Shown one piece after another: positions 63,892 through 64,000 of a stretch of DNA of 64,000 bases. The position numbers were made by a program, and so were the translations under genes. The notes beneath the pieces were generated by a model that saw nothing but the letters and a program-made list of their open reading frames with translations, ran no database searches and had not been told where the DNA came from. Origin of the DNA: Octopus bimaculoides (taxonomy: Eukaryota); the NCBI RefSeq assembly GCF_001194135.2, contig NC_068990.1, forward strand, positions 14,963,486 through 15,027,485. The letters run 5' to 3'. Each line of letters opens with the position of its first letter. The stretch's first letter is position 1.

Positions 63892-64000
63892 AAGCATGGA
63901 TGTGTGGTTAGAAGTTTGCTTCCCAACGAAATGGTACTAGGTTCATTCCTACAGCATGTAACATTGGACAAGTGTCTTTTATTATAGCCTCAGGCTGACG
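63892..64000 (+). mobile_element. SINE family 3, truncated by the window edge
   Basis: GCATGGATGTGTGGTTAGAAGTTTGCTTCCCAAC. Confidence 0.6.

Overview
AT-rich eukaryotic genomic DNA. The SINE/RTE repeat families look like those I recall from octopus genomes (inference, not verified). The whole window is the interior of one + strand gene with no visible start or stop. I traced 81 exons with consistent splice sites and a continuous frame; one more exon is inferred to lie in the 1000-N gap. They encode about 3,630 aa made of 23 tandem copies of a ~133-aa Cys-bounded domain that resembles a divergent F5/8 type C (discoidin) fold, separated by short Thr-rich linkers on 33-72 nt micro-exons. The array has two blocks: 13 type I units (exons D-A-B-C, 96-38949) and 10 type II units (A-B-E, 39119-63599). 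The blocks differ in linker, cysteine count and position of the intra-domain intron. Introns hold SINEs, RTE-clade LINE relics, MITEs, a deleted mariner, two Penelope-type hammerhead ribozyme motifs and microsatellites. There are five assembly gaps. All coordinates and identities were counted by hand.
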